Assembly: GCA_963675295.2 (NCBI GenBank)
Contig: CAXXKJ010000002.1
Coordinates: forward strand, 2,144,001-2,208,000
Origin: a bacterium
GTDB taxonomy: Bacteria > Electryoneota > Electryoneia > Electryoneales > Electryoneaceae
Direction of reading: 5' to 3'
Length of the DNA: 64,000 bases
How positions within the stretch are numbered: the stretch's first letter is position 1; every line of letters starts with the position of its first letter. A program made the position numbers and the translations under genes. A model generated the notes under the pieces. It saw nothing but the letters and a program-made list of their open reading frames with translations, was not told the DNA's origin and made no database searches. Positions 36,931 to 49,000 of the stretch are shown one piece after another.

Positions 36931-38040
36931 GTGAAACAGACCGGATTTGCACTGATACTGCTGTTGCTGCTCGCGGCGAACCTGGTCGCGCAGCCCGAAC
37001 TCGGCGAACGTGAGAGTTACGCCGAACGGGCGGAGCGCGCGCTGGTTGCGGGAGATTATCCCGCCGCTGTGGAGTTGTATCAGCGTTGGCTCGAGGCCGA
37101 TCCGGACGATTTCCGCAACTGGTACAATTACGCTTGTGCGCTCGCGTTGAACCAGGACACCAGCGCGTCGTCCGAGGCGTTGAGCACGGCGGTCGACATG
37201 GGCTGGCGTGACTCCACCTGGACCGCCCGTGATCCCGACCTCGCGCATGTCATCTCCCTGCCTGAGTTTCAGGCCTCGCTGGTTCGCATGGGCAAGTTGT
37301 GGCGGGACGAACAAGCGCGTGTCGTCGATTCGGAACCGCGCTACGCGCTCCAGCAACGCTACGCACCGTACCTCTTGCATCTGCCGCGCGGGTACGACAG
37401 CAACCCGGACAAACGTTATCCCTTGCTGGTACTGCTGCACGGTCGCGGCGCGGACATGGAGTCAATGAACGATCTGCGCGCAAGGTTGGCGCTGCCGGGT
37501 GTGATTGTCGTGCAACCACGCGCTCCGTACACCGTTGAGGAGGGCCGCGGCGGGTACGAATACTGGCCCGCACGGCTGCAGAACGAATTCGGCGACACGT
37601 TGCTGCGGGCGATTCGCGATGATGCCGGTCAGTGGGTGCAGGACGTGATCGCGTCGGTGAAAAATGAGGCCCGGGTGGATGAGGATCACGTGATTGTCAC
37701 CGGCTTCAGCCAGGGTGGTGCGGCGGCGGTATTGACCGCGCTACGGGACCCGTCAACTCTTGCCGGGTTGGCGCTGGTGGCTGGCTACATCCCGGAAACC
37801 CACCGCGACAGCACGCTGTTCGTCCCGTTGGCGGGACATGGCCTGTCGGTGTTCATGGCGCATGGCCGCCGTGATCACCGTGTTGAACCGTCCGAAGCCG
37901 AAGCGTTTCATGACATCTTCCGGCGGGCCGGTGTTCGGGTGCAATTCAACCTGTATCCAGCTGAACACGAGATGACCGACGAGATGGTTGTCGATCTGGC
38001 CGATTGGATCATGACTCTTTTCCGCGATACTCGTCACTGA
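36931..38040 (+). CDS. Secreted TPR + phospholipase/carboxylesterase
   Basis: Signal peptide, YNYACALAL TPR, LLHGRG, GFSQGG, HGRRD, AEH. Confidence 0.85.
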   Translation: MKQTGFALILLLLLAANLVAQPELGERESYAERAERALVAGDYPAAVELYQRWLEADPDDFRNWYNYACALALNQDTSASSEALSTAVDMGWRDSTWTARDPDLAHVISLPEFQASLVRMGKLWRDEQARVVDSEPRYALQQRYAPYLLHLPRGYDSNPDKRYPLLVLLHGRGADMESMNDLRARLALPGVIVVQPRAPYTVEEGRGGYEYWPARLQNEFGDTLLRAIRDDAGQWVQDVIASVKNEARVDEDHVIVTGFSQGGAAAVLTALRDPSTLAGLALVAGYIPETHRDSTLFVPLAGHGLSVFMAHGRRDHRVEPSEAEAFHDIFRRAGVRVQFNLYPAEHEMTDEMVVDLADWIMTLFRDTRH

Positions 38041-38074
38041 GGAAATTGACGCATAAGGCACCACATACACAGCT

Positions 38075-38352
38075 GACGACACAGACGCCAAAGACGCAAC
38101 TGACGCCACAGACGCAACAGACGCAACAGACGCAACGGACGCAAGCAACGCAACAGACGCCAAATAAACCACTACGATACAACACGATATCAAACTTGCC
38201 CTCGGGCTTCAGCCCGGGATTAGATGGGGCCGCAGCACAATCGGACGCCACGCCCTCGGGCTTCAGCCCGGGATTGGCTGATACTTGACAACTACACCGC
38301 GCCCACGCCGCGTAGCGGCGGAGGGTGGTTAGCGTGTGGCTTCAGCCACACG
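38075..38352. repeat. Intergenic repeat cluster: degenerate GACGCAACA 9-mers, GCCCTCGGGCTTCAGCCCGGGA twice, composite REP
   Basis: 9-mers at 38075-38163; identical 22-mers at 38198 and 38252; hairpins at 38306-38352. Confidence 0.85.
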
Positions 38353-38498
38353 AACGTGGGGCACCCGAACCCCCGCCCGTCCTGTAGGGACGGCGCCGGG
38401 TTTCGCAGCACCTCAACCCCTGTCTCATCCGCCGCGTCATTCGGGATGAGCGATCAACGGTTGTACATTCGTTCGTGATCTCGGGCGAAGGGACGACG

Positions 38499-39434
38499 AT
38501 GAGTTTCTGGAAACGATTCCGTCAGGACTGGCAGATCCGCCTCTACATGATCCTGCTCGCCATTTTCCTCTGGCTGGTGGTGGTGATGACACAGGTGTAT
38601 GAGACGACGGTCAACGTGCCGGTGGTGCCGATCAATGTCGGCGCGGATAAGATCCTCGTTTCAGATGTGCCAAAAACGGTTCCCGTGCGCTTCTCCGGAC
38701 AGGGGAAAGACCTCTTTGTGCTTAATTTCTTCCGTCCCGCACACCTCGAGCTCGACATGCAGGTGGTCGACGACGATTTCGACTACCCGTTGCACACCGG
38801 CCTCGTGCAGGTTCCAACCGGATTACCGGTACAACCCACCGTACTGCCCGGCCAGGACATGATCCCGGTACGTGTTGAGGAACGCCTGACCACTCGTCTG
38901 CCCGTCGAACCGGACACCGAAGTCCGCACCCGTCCCGGCTATCTGCCTGGCGACACAATCAAGGTTATTCCCGATTCGGTCACCGTCTCCGGCCCGCGCA
39001 GCATGGTCGCCCGGATGAAACGTGTCATCACCGAGGAGCGGATCTACGTCGGCCTCACCGATTCCTTCGAGGAATCGGTCCCGTTGCTCGTCCCCGGAAA
39101 GGTGGAGGTGACGCCGAGCGCAGTCATGCTGAACGTGACCGTCAACCGCCTCGGCGAACGCACCATCCAGCGTGTGCAGTTGACCACCCATGGTCTGCTC
39201 CCGGGACGGCAAGTGATTCTCGAGCCGTCCGTGCTCGATGTGCGTGTCAAGGGCGCGTCGCCACGGCTGGCGCAGCTGGACGCCGATTCGATCAACGCCT
39301 GGATTGACCTGACCCGTTGGAACCGTGAACAGCAGGAGTACGTGCCAACCATCGACCTGCCTCAGGGCGTTGAACTGATTGACACGACTCCGGACAAGAT
39401 CCGGGTCCGGCTGGAGGTTGATTCATGGCGGTAA
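38499..39434 (+). CDS. YbbR/CdaR-like domain protein
   Basis: N-terminal TM (LLAIFLWLVV) and repeated P..V.V.GP beta domains. Confidence 0.8.
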   Translation: MSFWKRFRQDWQIRLYMILLAIFLWLVVVMTQVYETTVNVPVVPINVGADKILVSDVPKTVPVRFSGQGKDLFVLNFFRPAHLELDMQVVDDDFDYPLHTGLVQVPTGLPVQPTVLPGQDMIPVRVEERLTTRLPVEPDTEVRTRPGYLPGDTIKVIPDSVTVSGPRSMVARMKRVITEERIYVGLTDSFEESVPLLVPGKVEVTPSAVMLNVTVNRLGERTIQRVQLTTHGLLPGRQVILEPSVLDVRVKGASPRLAQLDADSINAWIDLTRWNREQQEYVPTIDLPQGVELIDTTPDKIRVRLEVDSWR

Positions 39435-40438
39435 CCGTGTTGGCGGTGGAAACATCCTGCGACGAAACGGCGGCGGCGATTGTCCGTGGCAATGACATCA
39501 TCGCCAGCCTCGTCGCGACGCAGGAAGTACACTCGCTCTGGGGCGGAGTGGTCCCGGAATTGGCCAGCCGTCTGCATCAACGCACCCTTACCTCGCTCAC
39601 GCACGAAGCCGTCAAACGCGCCGGAATAGCGTTGAATGACCTCGATGCCGTCGCGTCCACTGTCGGCCCCGGCCTGATCGGCGCGCTGCTCGTCGGCGCG
39701 AGTTACGGCAAAGGCCTGGCAGCCGGTTTGGGCAAACCGTTCATCGGCGTCAATCACCTCGAAGGACACCTGTGGTCGGCATCGGTCGGCGCGGACGAAC
39801 TCCCGTTGCCAGCGCTGGTGTTGCTCGTCAGCGGCGGCCACACCGAACTGATCCGCATTGACGATTTCGGCCGCTACACGATGCTCGGCGCAACCCTGGA
39901 CGATGCCGCCGGGGAAGCCTTTGACAAGGTCGGCGGACTATTGGGGATTCCATACCCGGCTGGCGCGGCGTTGTCAAAACTCGCGTCTGGGGGCAATGAC
40001 CGCCGCTTCAAGTTTGCCGTCGCACGCACCGAAAGCCCGTTCGACTTCAGTTATTCCGGCCTCAAAAGCGCGGCGCTGCGGCAGGTTCAGAAGCTGGAGC
40101 AGGACGGTGAGGACAACTGGCGTGCCGACCTTGCGGCCTCATTCGAACGTGCGGTGGTGCGGCAGTTGAAGCAGCGTGTGATGGCGGCGTTGGACGCCGG
40201 CACCTACGCCTCGCTGACTCTCGGCGGTGGTGTTGCCGCCAATGGACGACTGCGGCGTGAACTGCAGAGCATCGCCGTGCAACGCAAGATCCCGCTGCGC
40301 ATTCCGCCGATGGAATACTGCACCGACAACGCCGCGATGATCGCGTGGGTTGCCGCGCGACGCCTCGACCGGGACGACACCGACACGCTTAACCGTCCAG
40401 CCGACCCGAATCTCGCACTGGTCTCGGAAACCGCATGA
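39425..40438 (+). CDS. tsaD: tRNA N6-threonylcarbamoyltransferase TsaD
   Basis: ETSCDET, GGVVPELASRLH, NHLEGH, VSGGHT, DDAAGEAFDK, CTDNAAMI. Confidence 0.96.
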   Translation: MAVTVLAVETSCDETAAAIVRGNDIIASLVATQEVHSLWGGVVPELASRLHQRTLTSLTHEAVKRAGIALNDLDAVASTVGPGLIGALLVGASYGKGLAAGLGKPFIGVNHLEGHLWSASVGADELPLPALVLLVSGGHTELIRIDDFGRYTMLGATLDDAAGEAFDKVGGLLGIPYPAGAALSKLASGGNDRRFKFAVARTESPFDFSYSGLKSAALRQVQKLEQDGEDNWRADLAASFERAVVRQLKQRVMAALDAGTYASLTLGGGVAANGRLRRELQSIAVQRKIPLRIPPMEYCTDNAAMIAWVAARRLDRDDTDTLNRPADPNLALVSETA

Positions 40439-42624
40439 ATGTCCCGATCTACGCTGTCACCCTTCACACCAGCATCGGCCTTGGCTGGACGATCCTCGCC
40501 GCGCTGGCGTTGATCGCGCTTGCGGCGTGGAGCTACCGCTGGACCCGTCCGCCGCTACCCGTCTGGGGGCGAACCTCACTCGCGGTTCTCCGCGCGCTGG
40601 CATTCCTCGCGGTCCTGATGCTCGTGACCGGATTCCAGTTCCGCTGGGTCAACGAGGAACCGGTCCGCCCGCGTGTTGCGCTGCTGCTGGACGCCTCCGA
40701 ATCCATGAGCTTCACCGATCCGGCGGGCAACCGTGCGGACAGCGTTCGCGCGCTGGTCGAGCATCCGATCTGGAACGAACTACGGCAGGATGTTGAGCTG
40801 GAACCGGCGGCATTTGCGGCGCACGTGATGCCGTGGCGCGGACGCGATGTCCCGGCGTTGGACGGTCCGGTGACCAATGTCGAGGCGGCGCTCAGCGATT
40901 TTTCCGGACGCGCCGAAGGTCCGCCCGAGGCGTTGGTGTTGATCAGTGACGGCGCGTTCAACCGAGGCGGGGCTTACACCGCCGCCGCCCGGCGTCTTGG
41001 CGCGCCGGTGTATCCGGTCGCGGTCGGGGATTCGCTGCCCTCAAAGGATCTGGTCGTCGCGTCACTGGTCGCGCCCGAGCTGGGCTACGCTGGCGAACCT
41101 TTCCCGCTGGACGTCACCATCCGTGCAACCGGTGCCGACGGCGAAACCGCGAAACTCCGTGTCATCGGCGAGGATGGCCAGGTGCTCGCGACGCAGGATA
41201 TGACGATCGAGGGCACGTGGAGCGAGCAGACGGTTACCGTCGAGCTGACCCCGCAACGCGCCGGCGTCAACTCTTGGACCGTCGAGGTCGCCTCATTCGA
41301 CGACGAGATCGACCTTTCCAACAACACCCGCCGCGCGGTGGTACGTGCCGCCGAACGCCGTCGCACGGTGCTGGTATTCGCTCCGGCTCCGCACCCGGAC
41401 GCCGGCGCGGTCGCGCGGACACTGGAAGAGGACCCCGACACCGACGCTTTGATCGTGATCGGCGGGGGGCGGTTGTCCCGGCCGGTGCGCGGATCGTGGG
41501 ACGAGATCAATCCGGCGAACCTGGACGCCGCGTTGATCTTCCTCCAGGGCCCGTGGTCGGATCGCGCGAAGGAAACGCTGCGCGCCCTGATCGACGCCAA
41601 CCTGCCCACCGCATGGTTCGTCGGCGACGAGCGCCTGCCCAACGACATCTTCACCCTCGTCGCGGAATCGATTGGCAACCCGCAGCCGTGGATTCAGCCA
41701 CGTGAGGCGATCCTGCGGCCGGTCGCGGCGCACCCGATCTTCACCGACGACGGCCTGTTCTTCGACGAAGGCGTGACGCCGCCGGTGTTGCGCGGCCCGT
41801 ACAACCCCAACGAGGGCCGCACCCTCGCGGTGATCGACACCGACGACGAAGACCTGCCAACCATCGTCGTGCCGTCGCAGAATCCCCGCACCATTGCCTG
41901 GTTTGCCAGCGGACTGGCGGCGTGGGACCGTGTCCGCCGCGCCGAGGATCCGGGCGGCCTCGGCTTCCACGACCTGTTCGACCGCACCCTGCGCTGGCTC
42001 ACCGGCGGCGGCGAACAGGAACGCATCACCGTCCGCGCCGAACAGGAACTGTACGCCGGCGGGGAAGAGGTGCGCCTCGTCGCATCCGTCGCCGACCCCG
42101 GCCTGTCACCCGTCGAGGACGCGCGTGTCGTCGCAACCGTCACTCGCCGCGCCGTCGGGGGTGATGATGATGGTGCCCCTGATGGCTCCGCCAGCAGGGC
42201 TACTTCGAACGACAACAACACCGACCGCACCCGCACCGTCGAGTTCCAGTCGTTGGGTGGCGGACGCTACATGACCACCTTCCTCCCTTGGGGTGAAGGA
42301 CGCTACACCTTCGACACGACCGTCGAGACCGACGAAGAAACCGTCGCCCGTTCTGGCGAATTCGTCGTCGACAAGTTCCAGCTTGAGGCGGCGGAACGGC
42401 GCATGCGTCCCGACCGGCTGCGCGCTTTGGCCGAAGCGACCGGCGGTCAGGTCGTCTGGTCCTCCGCCGACTTGGACACGTTGCTGTCTCTCCTGCCCCG
42501 CAGCGGCGAACTGGTGGAAGTACGCGGATCGTGGCGACCGTTCGGTCTGTGGCTTACCTTGCTGCTGGTGGTGGGTTTGCTCGCCGCCGAGTGGATCACC
42601 CGCACACGGACGGGGATGGCGTAA
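40435..42624 (+). CDS. Membrane protein with vWA-like and Ig-like domains
   Basis: N-terminal TMs, LLDASESM (DxSxS MIDAS), LISDG, C-terminal EWITR TM. Confidence 0.8.
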   Translation: MNVPIYAVTLHTSIGLGWTILAALALIALAAWSYRWTRPPLPVWGRTSLAVLRALAFLAVLMLVTGFQFRWVNEEPVRPRVALLLDASESMSFTDPAGNRADSVRALVEHPIWNELRQDVELEPAAFAAHVMPWRGRDVPALDGPVTNVEAALSDFSGRAEGPPEALVLISDGAFNRGGAYTAAARRLGAPVYPVAVGDSLPSKDLVVASLVAPELGYAGEPFPLDVTIRATGADGETAKLRVIGEDGQVLATQDMTIEGTWSEQTVTVELTPQRAGVNSWTVEVASFDDEIDLSNNTRRAVVRAAERRRTVLVFAPAPHPDAGAVARTLEEDPDTDALIVIGGGRLSRPVRGSWDEINPANLDAALIFLQGPWSDRAKETLRALIDANLPTAWFVGDERLPNDIFTLVAESIGNPQPWIQPREAILRPVAAHPIFTDDGLFFDEGVTPPVLRGPYNPNEGRTLAVIDTDDEDLPTIVVPSQNPRTIAWFASGLAAWDRVRRAEDPGGLGFHDLFDRTLRWLTGGGEQERITVRAEQELYAGGEEVRLVASVADPGLSPVEDARVVATVTRRAVGGDDDGAPDGSASRATSNDNNTDRTRTVEFQSLGGGRYMTTFLPWGEGRYTFDTTVETDEETVARSGEFVVDKFQLEAAERRMRPDRLRALAEATGGQVVWSSADLDTLLSLLPRSGELVEVRGSWRPFGLWLTLLLVVGLLAAEWITRTRTGMA

Positions 42625-42668
42625 GAGCAAAGCTGTATAACGCATTGAGCTAAACAGGGAGTGGTGAA

Positions 42669-44045
42669 ATGAGCGAAAGCAATTGGATGAAAGTGGGTCT
42701 TAAGGGGGATCCATTTTCTACCAGTGCATTACTAGCTACGCCTGAATTGCCCAACCTCTTCGCTGGTAGAAAAGATGAACTCACCAGAATCGCAACTAGA
42801 ATCGCTACTTCTAATGGATCGATAAATATAATTGCAGGAGAAATTGGAGTTGGCAAATCAACACTTGTAAATGCACTTGGATACTTTTCGATGAGTAACC
42901 AAACTATTCCAGAGGTTGAGTTAGATATCCCCCGCTTACTTCCGTGTTATTGTGAAATAGTATTAACAAAACACGAGTCAGCACAATCGATTATGAAGAC
43001 TATAATATCTTCGTTGGCCGAAAGTGTAATGGAATATTTGAATCTTGAGGAAATATATACTTTAGAAAGTCCACTCAGAGAATTACTAGCACTAAATATT
43101 AAACAGGTTGATTCAGATAGAATAAAACGCTGGGAGGTCGGATTAGAGCTAATTAGTGTTAAAGTAGAGAACGAAGAGAGCCTTGGTGCTGACGCTCTCT
43201 ATACTAGACAATATTTAGATCATGTTTTAGATCTAATTGAGTCGGAATTAAATTTTGATGGAGTTATCCTATGTATAGACAGATTTAAAATATATAATGA
43301 TTCAATGTTTATAGATGCGCTCGATGTATTACGTGATATAGCTTTCGTAAATGAAAGAATTAATTGGTTTTTATTTGGTGATAAAGGTATATCGAAGTCA
43401 ATTATAGATTTAATTCCTCGATTTAGAGATTTTATAGAGGCTGAAATAGTGTTGAACTATTTTTCGTTAGATGATTTACATGATCTTGTTAAAAAAAGGA
43501 TTGATTATTATAGAATAGATAGTAATATAGAATTTCCTGTCGATTATCGAGTTCTTAGGGTTGTGTACAGGTATTCTCATGGGCATACGAGGAATACTGT
43601 TAAATTATTCGGTAGCATTCTACGAATATACGTACAAAACAAGTCGTTTAGAGGAAAAACTATAGATAGAGATCTTTTTATAACGATATTAACTATTCAC
43701 TCTAATGGATATTTGAACCATCCTGATCTCAGTGATGAACAACGAAATGTAATGGAAGTATTGCTGGACCGAGGGTCATTTAGGCCACTTGAATATGCAG
43801 AATTTGGCCATGTTGCGCGGGAGAATTTTACATCGGTATATCGTGCTTTGGAAGCTAAAGGATTAATATATAGGGCTTCTAAAGAGACTAATAAAAGTGT
43901 ATACAAGCCAGACGGATTGGGGATAAGCTTAGGGTTGTCAGGAAGAATTGGAGAGGCTGCTAAAGTAGCAGCTGCTAAGCTGGTGGAGAAAATGGTTGAT
44001 GAAGATACTGAGGCGGGACAATTGGGTTTGTTTTCCATCTCATAG
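42669..44045 (+). CDS. AT-rich P-loop ATPase (AAA_16/STAND-like) with C-terminal winged-helix-like region
   Basis: FAGRKDEL, Walker A GEIGVGKST, Walker B-like VILCID, LEAKGLI; much lower GC than flanks. Confidence 0.75.
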   Translation: MSESNWMKVGLKGDPFSTSALLATPELPNLFAGRKDELTRIATRIATSNGSINIIAGEIGVGKSTLVNALGYFSMSNQTIPEVELDIPRLLPCYCEIVLTKHESAQSIMKTIISSLAESVMEYLNLEEIYTLESPLRELLALNIKQVDSDRIKRWEVGLELISVKVENEESLGADALYTRQYLDHVLDLIESELNFDGVILCIDRFKIYNDSMFIDALDVLRDIAFVNERINWFLFGDKGISKSIIDLIPRFRDFIEAEIVLNYFSLDDLHDLVKKRIDYYRIDSNIEFPVDYRVLRVVYRYSHGHTRNTVKLFGSILRIYVQNKSFRGKTIDRDLFITILTIHSNGYLNHPDLSDEQRNVMEVLLDRGSFRPLEYAEFGHVARENFTSVYRALEAKGLIYRASKETNKSVYKPDGLGISLGLSGRIGEAAKVAAAKLVEKMVDEDTEAGQLGLFSIS

Positions 44046-44106
44046 AGTCGCCCATGATTAATACTAGAAGTGTTAGTATTGTGAGGTGCAATTGAACCAA
44101 AGCGAC

Positions 44107-44322
44107 ATGCCACAGCGCCCCGGCCTTAAGCTGAAGAAGGTCTCGGATGATCCGGAAGCCTGGATTGCCGTCGAAGGCAAGCTGACGATCGAGGAGAGTT
44201 TTGTGATCACGTATCAGCTGAGCCGGGAATGGGCGATCAAGCAAGGCTATGATCCGGACGCACCGATGCGAAGGGATAAAATCTATAGGCGTAAATTGGG
44301 TGATCCGCCTGTTGACGAATAG
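44107..44322 (+). CDS. Small hypothetical protein
   Basis: 71-aa ORF filling the gap between the ATPase and the carboxyltransferase. Confidence 0.5.
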   Translation: MPQRPGLKLKKVSDDPEAWIAVEGKLTIEESFVITYQLSREWAIKQGYDPDAPMRRDKIYRRKLGDPPVDE

Positions 44323-44406
44323 GTTGGGCATAAAATGCAACCGACCATGCGCAGTTTAGTCGAGTGACATCAACACGAACAGCGAAGTTGTGCACTGAGG
44401 GAGATC

Positions 44407-45963
44407 ATGGCGAACGTACGGCTGGAGAAGTTGCGGGAACTCAAGAACCAGGCCCTGCTTGGTGGCGGCGAAAAGCGGATTGACGCGCAGCACAAGAAGG
44501 GCAAATTGACCGCGCGTGAGCGTCTCGACCTGTTGCTCGACCCGGGCACATTCGAGGAGGTCGACATGCTGGTCAAGGCCCGCACGCCCGAATCCGGCTT
44601 CACGATGCCCGAATACCTTGGCGACGGCGTCGTCACCGGCTATGGCCGCATCGACGGCCGCGTCGTCTTCGTCTTCAGCCAGGACTTCACCGTCATCGGC
44701 GGCACGTTGTCCGAGGCGCACGGCCGCAAGATCTGCAAGATCATGGACATGGCGATGAAAGTCGGCGCGCCGGTGATCGGCTTGAACGACTCCGGCGGCG
44801 CCCGTGTGCAGGAAGGCGTGGTCAGCCTTGGCGCGTACGCCGACATCTTCCTCCGCAACACGCTTGCGTCTGGCGTCGTGCCGCAGATTTCCGCCGTGCT
44901 TGGCCCTTGCGCGGGCGGAGCGGTGTATTCGCCGGCGATCACCGACTTTGTCGCGATGACCCGTGGCACCAGCTACATGTTCGTCACCGGTCCGAAGGTG
45001 GTGAAGACCGTCACGCACGAAGAGGTCAGCAGCGAGGACCTCGGCGGCGCGGACACGCACGCCTCCAAGTCCGGCGTCGCCCATTTCGCCTGCGACGACG
45101 AGATGGCCACCCTCCGCACCGTGCGCGAACTCGTCAGCTACATGCCGCAGAACAACCTCGAGGATCCGCCGCTGATCGATTCCGGCGACAACCCGCACCG
45201 CATGGACGCCGAGCTGGACGAGATCATCCCCGACAATCCGAACAAACCGTACGATATGAAAGCGGTGATCCGCCATATCGTTGACGACGGCAAGCTCCTC
45301 GAAGTGCACGAAAACTGGGCGGAGAATATCATCGTCGGGTTCGCACGCCTTGGCGGACGGTCGGTCGGCATCATCGCCAACCAGCCGAGCGTGCTCGCGG
45401 GCGTGCTCGATATCAATTCCAGCCGCAAGGGCGCGCGCTTCATCCGTTTCTGTGACGCCTTCAACATCCCGATCATCACCTTCGAAGATGTCCCCGGCTT
45501 CCTGCCCGGCACCGACCAGGAGTGGAACGGGATCATCTCCAACGGCGCGAAGCTGCTGTACGCATACAGCGAGGCGAGCGTCCCGAAGATCACCGTGATC
45601 ACACGCAAGGCGTACGGCGGCGCGTACGACGTCATGAACAGCAAGCACGTGCGCGGCGACATGAACTACGCGTGGCCGAGTGCGGAGATCGCCGTCATGG
45701 GCGCCGAGGGAGCCGTCGAAATCGTCTTCCGCAAGGAACTTAGCAAGATCGAGGACCCCGACGAACAACAGCGTGCCATTGCCGAGTATATTGAACAGTA
45801 CCGCGACAGCTTCGCCAATCCGTATATTGCTGCCGCGCGCGGGTATGTGGACGAAGTCATCGAGCCCAGCCAGACCCGTCCCAAACTGATCAACGCCCTG
45901 GCGATGCTCGATTCCAAGGTCGATCCGAATCCCAAGAAGAAACACGGGAATATTCCGTTGTAG
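44407..45963 (+). CDS. pccB: Acyl-CoA carboxylase beta subunit (propionyl-CoA carboxylase / methylmalonyl-CoA decarboxylase carboxyltransferase)
   Basis: [55 protein letters not shown]. Confidence 0.9.
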   Translation: MANVRLEKLRELKNQALLGGGEKRIDAQHKKGKLTARERLDLLLDPGTFEEVDMLVKARTPESGFTMPEYLGDGVVTGYGRIDGRVVFVFSQDFTVIGGTLSEAHGRKICKIMDMAMKVGAPVIGLNDSGGARVQEGVVSLGAYADIFLRNTLASGVVPQISAVLGPCAGGAVYSPAITDFVAMTRGTSYMFVTGPKVVKTVTHEEVSSEDLGGADTHASKSGVAHFACDDEMATLRTVRELVSYMPQNNLEDPPLIDSGDNPHRMDAELDEIIPDNPNKPYDMKAVIRHIVDDGKLLEVHENWAENIIVGFARLGGRSVGIIANQPSVLAGVLDINSSRKGARFIRFCDAFNIPIITFEDVPGFLPGTDQEWNGIISNGAKLLYAYSEASVPKITVITRKAYGGAYDVMNSKHVRGDMNYAWPSAEIAVMGAEGAVEIVFRKELSKIEDPDEQQRAIAEYIEQYRDSFANPYIAAARGYVDEVIEPSQTRPKLINALAMLDSKVDPNPKKKHGNIPL

Positions 45964-46002
45964 ATCCATGGTCCACAACTTAAAAAGTTGGAGAATACCA
46001 CG

Positions 46003-49000
46003 ATGATTAAAATACTTCATCTGAGCGATCTTCATGTTACAGATTATAGTGAGATAGATATTAGAAACTTTGATTATGTATTTGAAGCGTGTAAAAATGA
46101 GTTACTTGATGCCGAAGAGGTATTAATTATTCTAAGTGGCGATCTTGTATTTAGTGGAAACTCTCAACAATATGAAACATTAAAAAAGTATGTAATACAT
46201 TTGGTTGAAAGGATAAACGGCTATTGTAAGATACAGACCAAAGTATTCTCAGTGCCGGGTAACCACGATTGTAACTACGAGCATCCTCAATCCGATCCAA
46301 GAGAAGTGTTACTGAATAGCTATAACCCTGAGGAAAAGAAGGTGCTCACTAAAAGTACAATTGAATTTTGTAATCAAGTATTGGATAATTTTTATAATTT
46401 TAACAACGAAATAGATACAGATAAGCCTATAATAATAAATGATATTGTAAATGTATCGTCAATAAAGCTTAAAAACGGGAATAAAATAAATATTATAAAA
46501 TTCAATAGTGCTTGGGGGTGTTTAAAAGATTCTAAGCCAGCCTCGTTACCACTTCCTTCAGAATACTATGATATAGACCCAGCTTTTATAGATAAAAGTA
46601 GTTTTAATATTGCAGTTATGCACCATCCGATTGAATGGCTTTATAGAGAAGACGCAAGAAAACTTAGATCATGGTTTAGGGGGAATATAGATATTTTGTT
46701 TACAGGTCATGAGCATATTACGGATTCATATCTGTTAGGTGTTGATGAAAAAGAGACGATGAAAGTAGTTGAGGCAGGTATTTTGCGTCAAAAAGAGAAT
46801 AATTGGAGTAATTCGACTTTTAATATTATTACAATTAATTATAATGATAACAGTATCATATATAATGAGTATGTTAGGAGTGGTGGTGGCAAATATAGAA
46901 GGAAAAAAATAAATAATTGGCAGTTAGGAGATAAAGTGCCTTCTTTCGCAAGTTCTAGACTTACTATTTTAGATCCCAAATGGAAGGATAAATTATTTAC
47001 AACTAATATGGAGTTAGTTAGGGCTGCTGAAGGGAAAGACAACTACTTAGTTGAAGAGATATTTGTATACCCTATGTTGAGTGCGACACTGACATCGGTG
47101 ACTAAAAATGACAAATCTGGTCATGTAAAATCTCAGAAACTGGTTGATAATTGCTCCATAAAATCGTATCAGGCGATTATAGTAGGTGAATCGCAATCAG
47201 GTAAAACGACACTGCTAAAAAAGTATTATATTGACCTTTTGGCAAAAGGACTTCGTCCCATTATGTTAAATGCAGAAGATCTAATTAGTAATAGTCCTAG
47301 TATACAAGATATAATAAAGAATAGTTGTATAAAACAATATAATGATGTACAAGAACAGGACATGGGAGACTTAGATTATCAAGAAGTTGTGCTTCTTATT
47401 GATAACTATGATGATATTCATGATAATCCGAAATGGCAGGAGCTATATGAGCAGATTAAATCATATGAAATGCCTATAATTATGACTGTCCAGGAGGAAT
47501 TTCAGTTTAATAATATTGTAAGTGCTACAAGTGGTGATATAGATCCATTAAAAGAATATGAATGGTTTAAAATTGAATATTACGGTCATATGTTACGTGA
47601 AAAAATTGTAAAAAAATGGCTAATACTTCAAAGCGGTGGAGCTATAAAATATGAGGCAAAAGAAGTCGGCAAAAAAATGCGAGTACTTCGTGAGCTAATT
47701 GGAAGAAATTATATTCCATCTTATCCTATATTTATATATACTATACTAAGTGCGGGTGACTTTTCTCCTGGGGCAGATATTCAGAAATCTGCTTACGTAC
47801 ATTATTACAACCACTTAGTTGTTAGAGCTATGGTAAATGCAGGTATTAAACCTGAGGATTTAGATGGTGTGATGAAGTACTTGTCAGAAATGGCATATAA
47901 AATATTTAAAGATGGTCAAAGTATGACAAGAAAAGATTTTGGCCAATTTCAAATTAATTATATCGATGAATATGATATATCTGCTTCTATAATAGAAGAT
48001 ATCGAAGCTTTACTACATGCATTAGTAAAATCAAGAATAATATCACGCATCGATGACGAGATATCTTTCAACTATAAATACGCATTTTATTATTTTGTTG
48101 CTAAATACATTGCTGAAGATATGCCTAACTCAAAGCAAGAGATTGTATCGTTGATTAACGATCTAGATTCTGATATTAGCGCTAGTATATTAATGTTTGT
48201 CACACATCACAGCAAGGATCCTTTTATATTACAAAGTATAGAAACTGAAATACAAGATATATTCAATGGCACTAGTGAGATATGCTTTGAGGAAGATGTG
48301 AAGATAATAAGTGATCTTGTGTCCGAGATACCTCAGCAGGTGTACTATGATGATGACACAGATCAAATTCGATACAAACATATGAGAAATCAAGATAAGC
48401 TTGAGGAGGAGGAATTAGGTGGAGAACTTCAAGAAATATCAGAGAAACAAGTGTATGATGTTGTACTGCAATTAAGAAGAGCGTTTCGGGCTATTGGTAT
48501 TGCAGGGCAGGTATTGAAAAACTATTCAGGTTCAATGAAAGCAGACAAAAGAATAGAACTCGGCAAAATTACGTATTCGTTGTGTATGCGGGCTATTAAG
48601 CGCGTATACGAGCTATTTGAAAGTGAAAGAGAGATATTATTGGGATTAATAATAAATGAATTGAAAAGACAGTATGATGTAGAAGAATACAAGATCAAGG
48701 AAATGGCTTCGCAGCTTGTATTTTATATATATTCTAGAATTGCATATGCTTATATTAAAAGGTTATCAATGGCGATAGCACATGAAAAATTAGACAAGAC
48801 AATAGATCAAATAGAGAAATTATTTCAGAATACGGCCGGAAGGCTTGTCGATATTGCGGTGCGACTTGAATATCAAAAGGGAAGTGCTGTTGAAAAAGTG
48901 AAGCAAGCTTCAGAAAAACTGAAAGATAACAATCTGGCGACATTTTTGTTGCGAAGATTTGTTATCGATTATTTATATATGTTTGGAATACCTGTTAGAG

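Noticed and set aside
38075-38352. Possible CRISPR array (22-mer repeated with a 32-nt gap)
   Set aside because: Only two adjacent copies, the same 22-mer occurs alone at 56797, and there are no cas genes; better explained as REP elements
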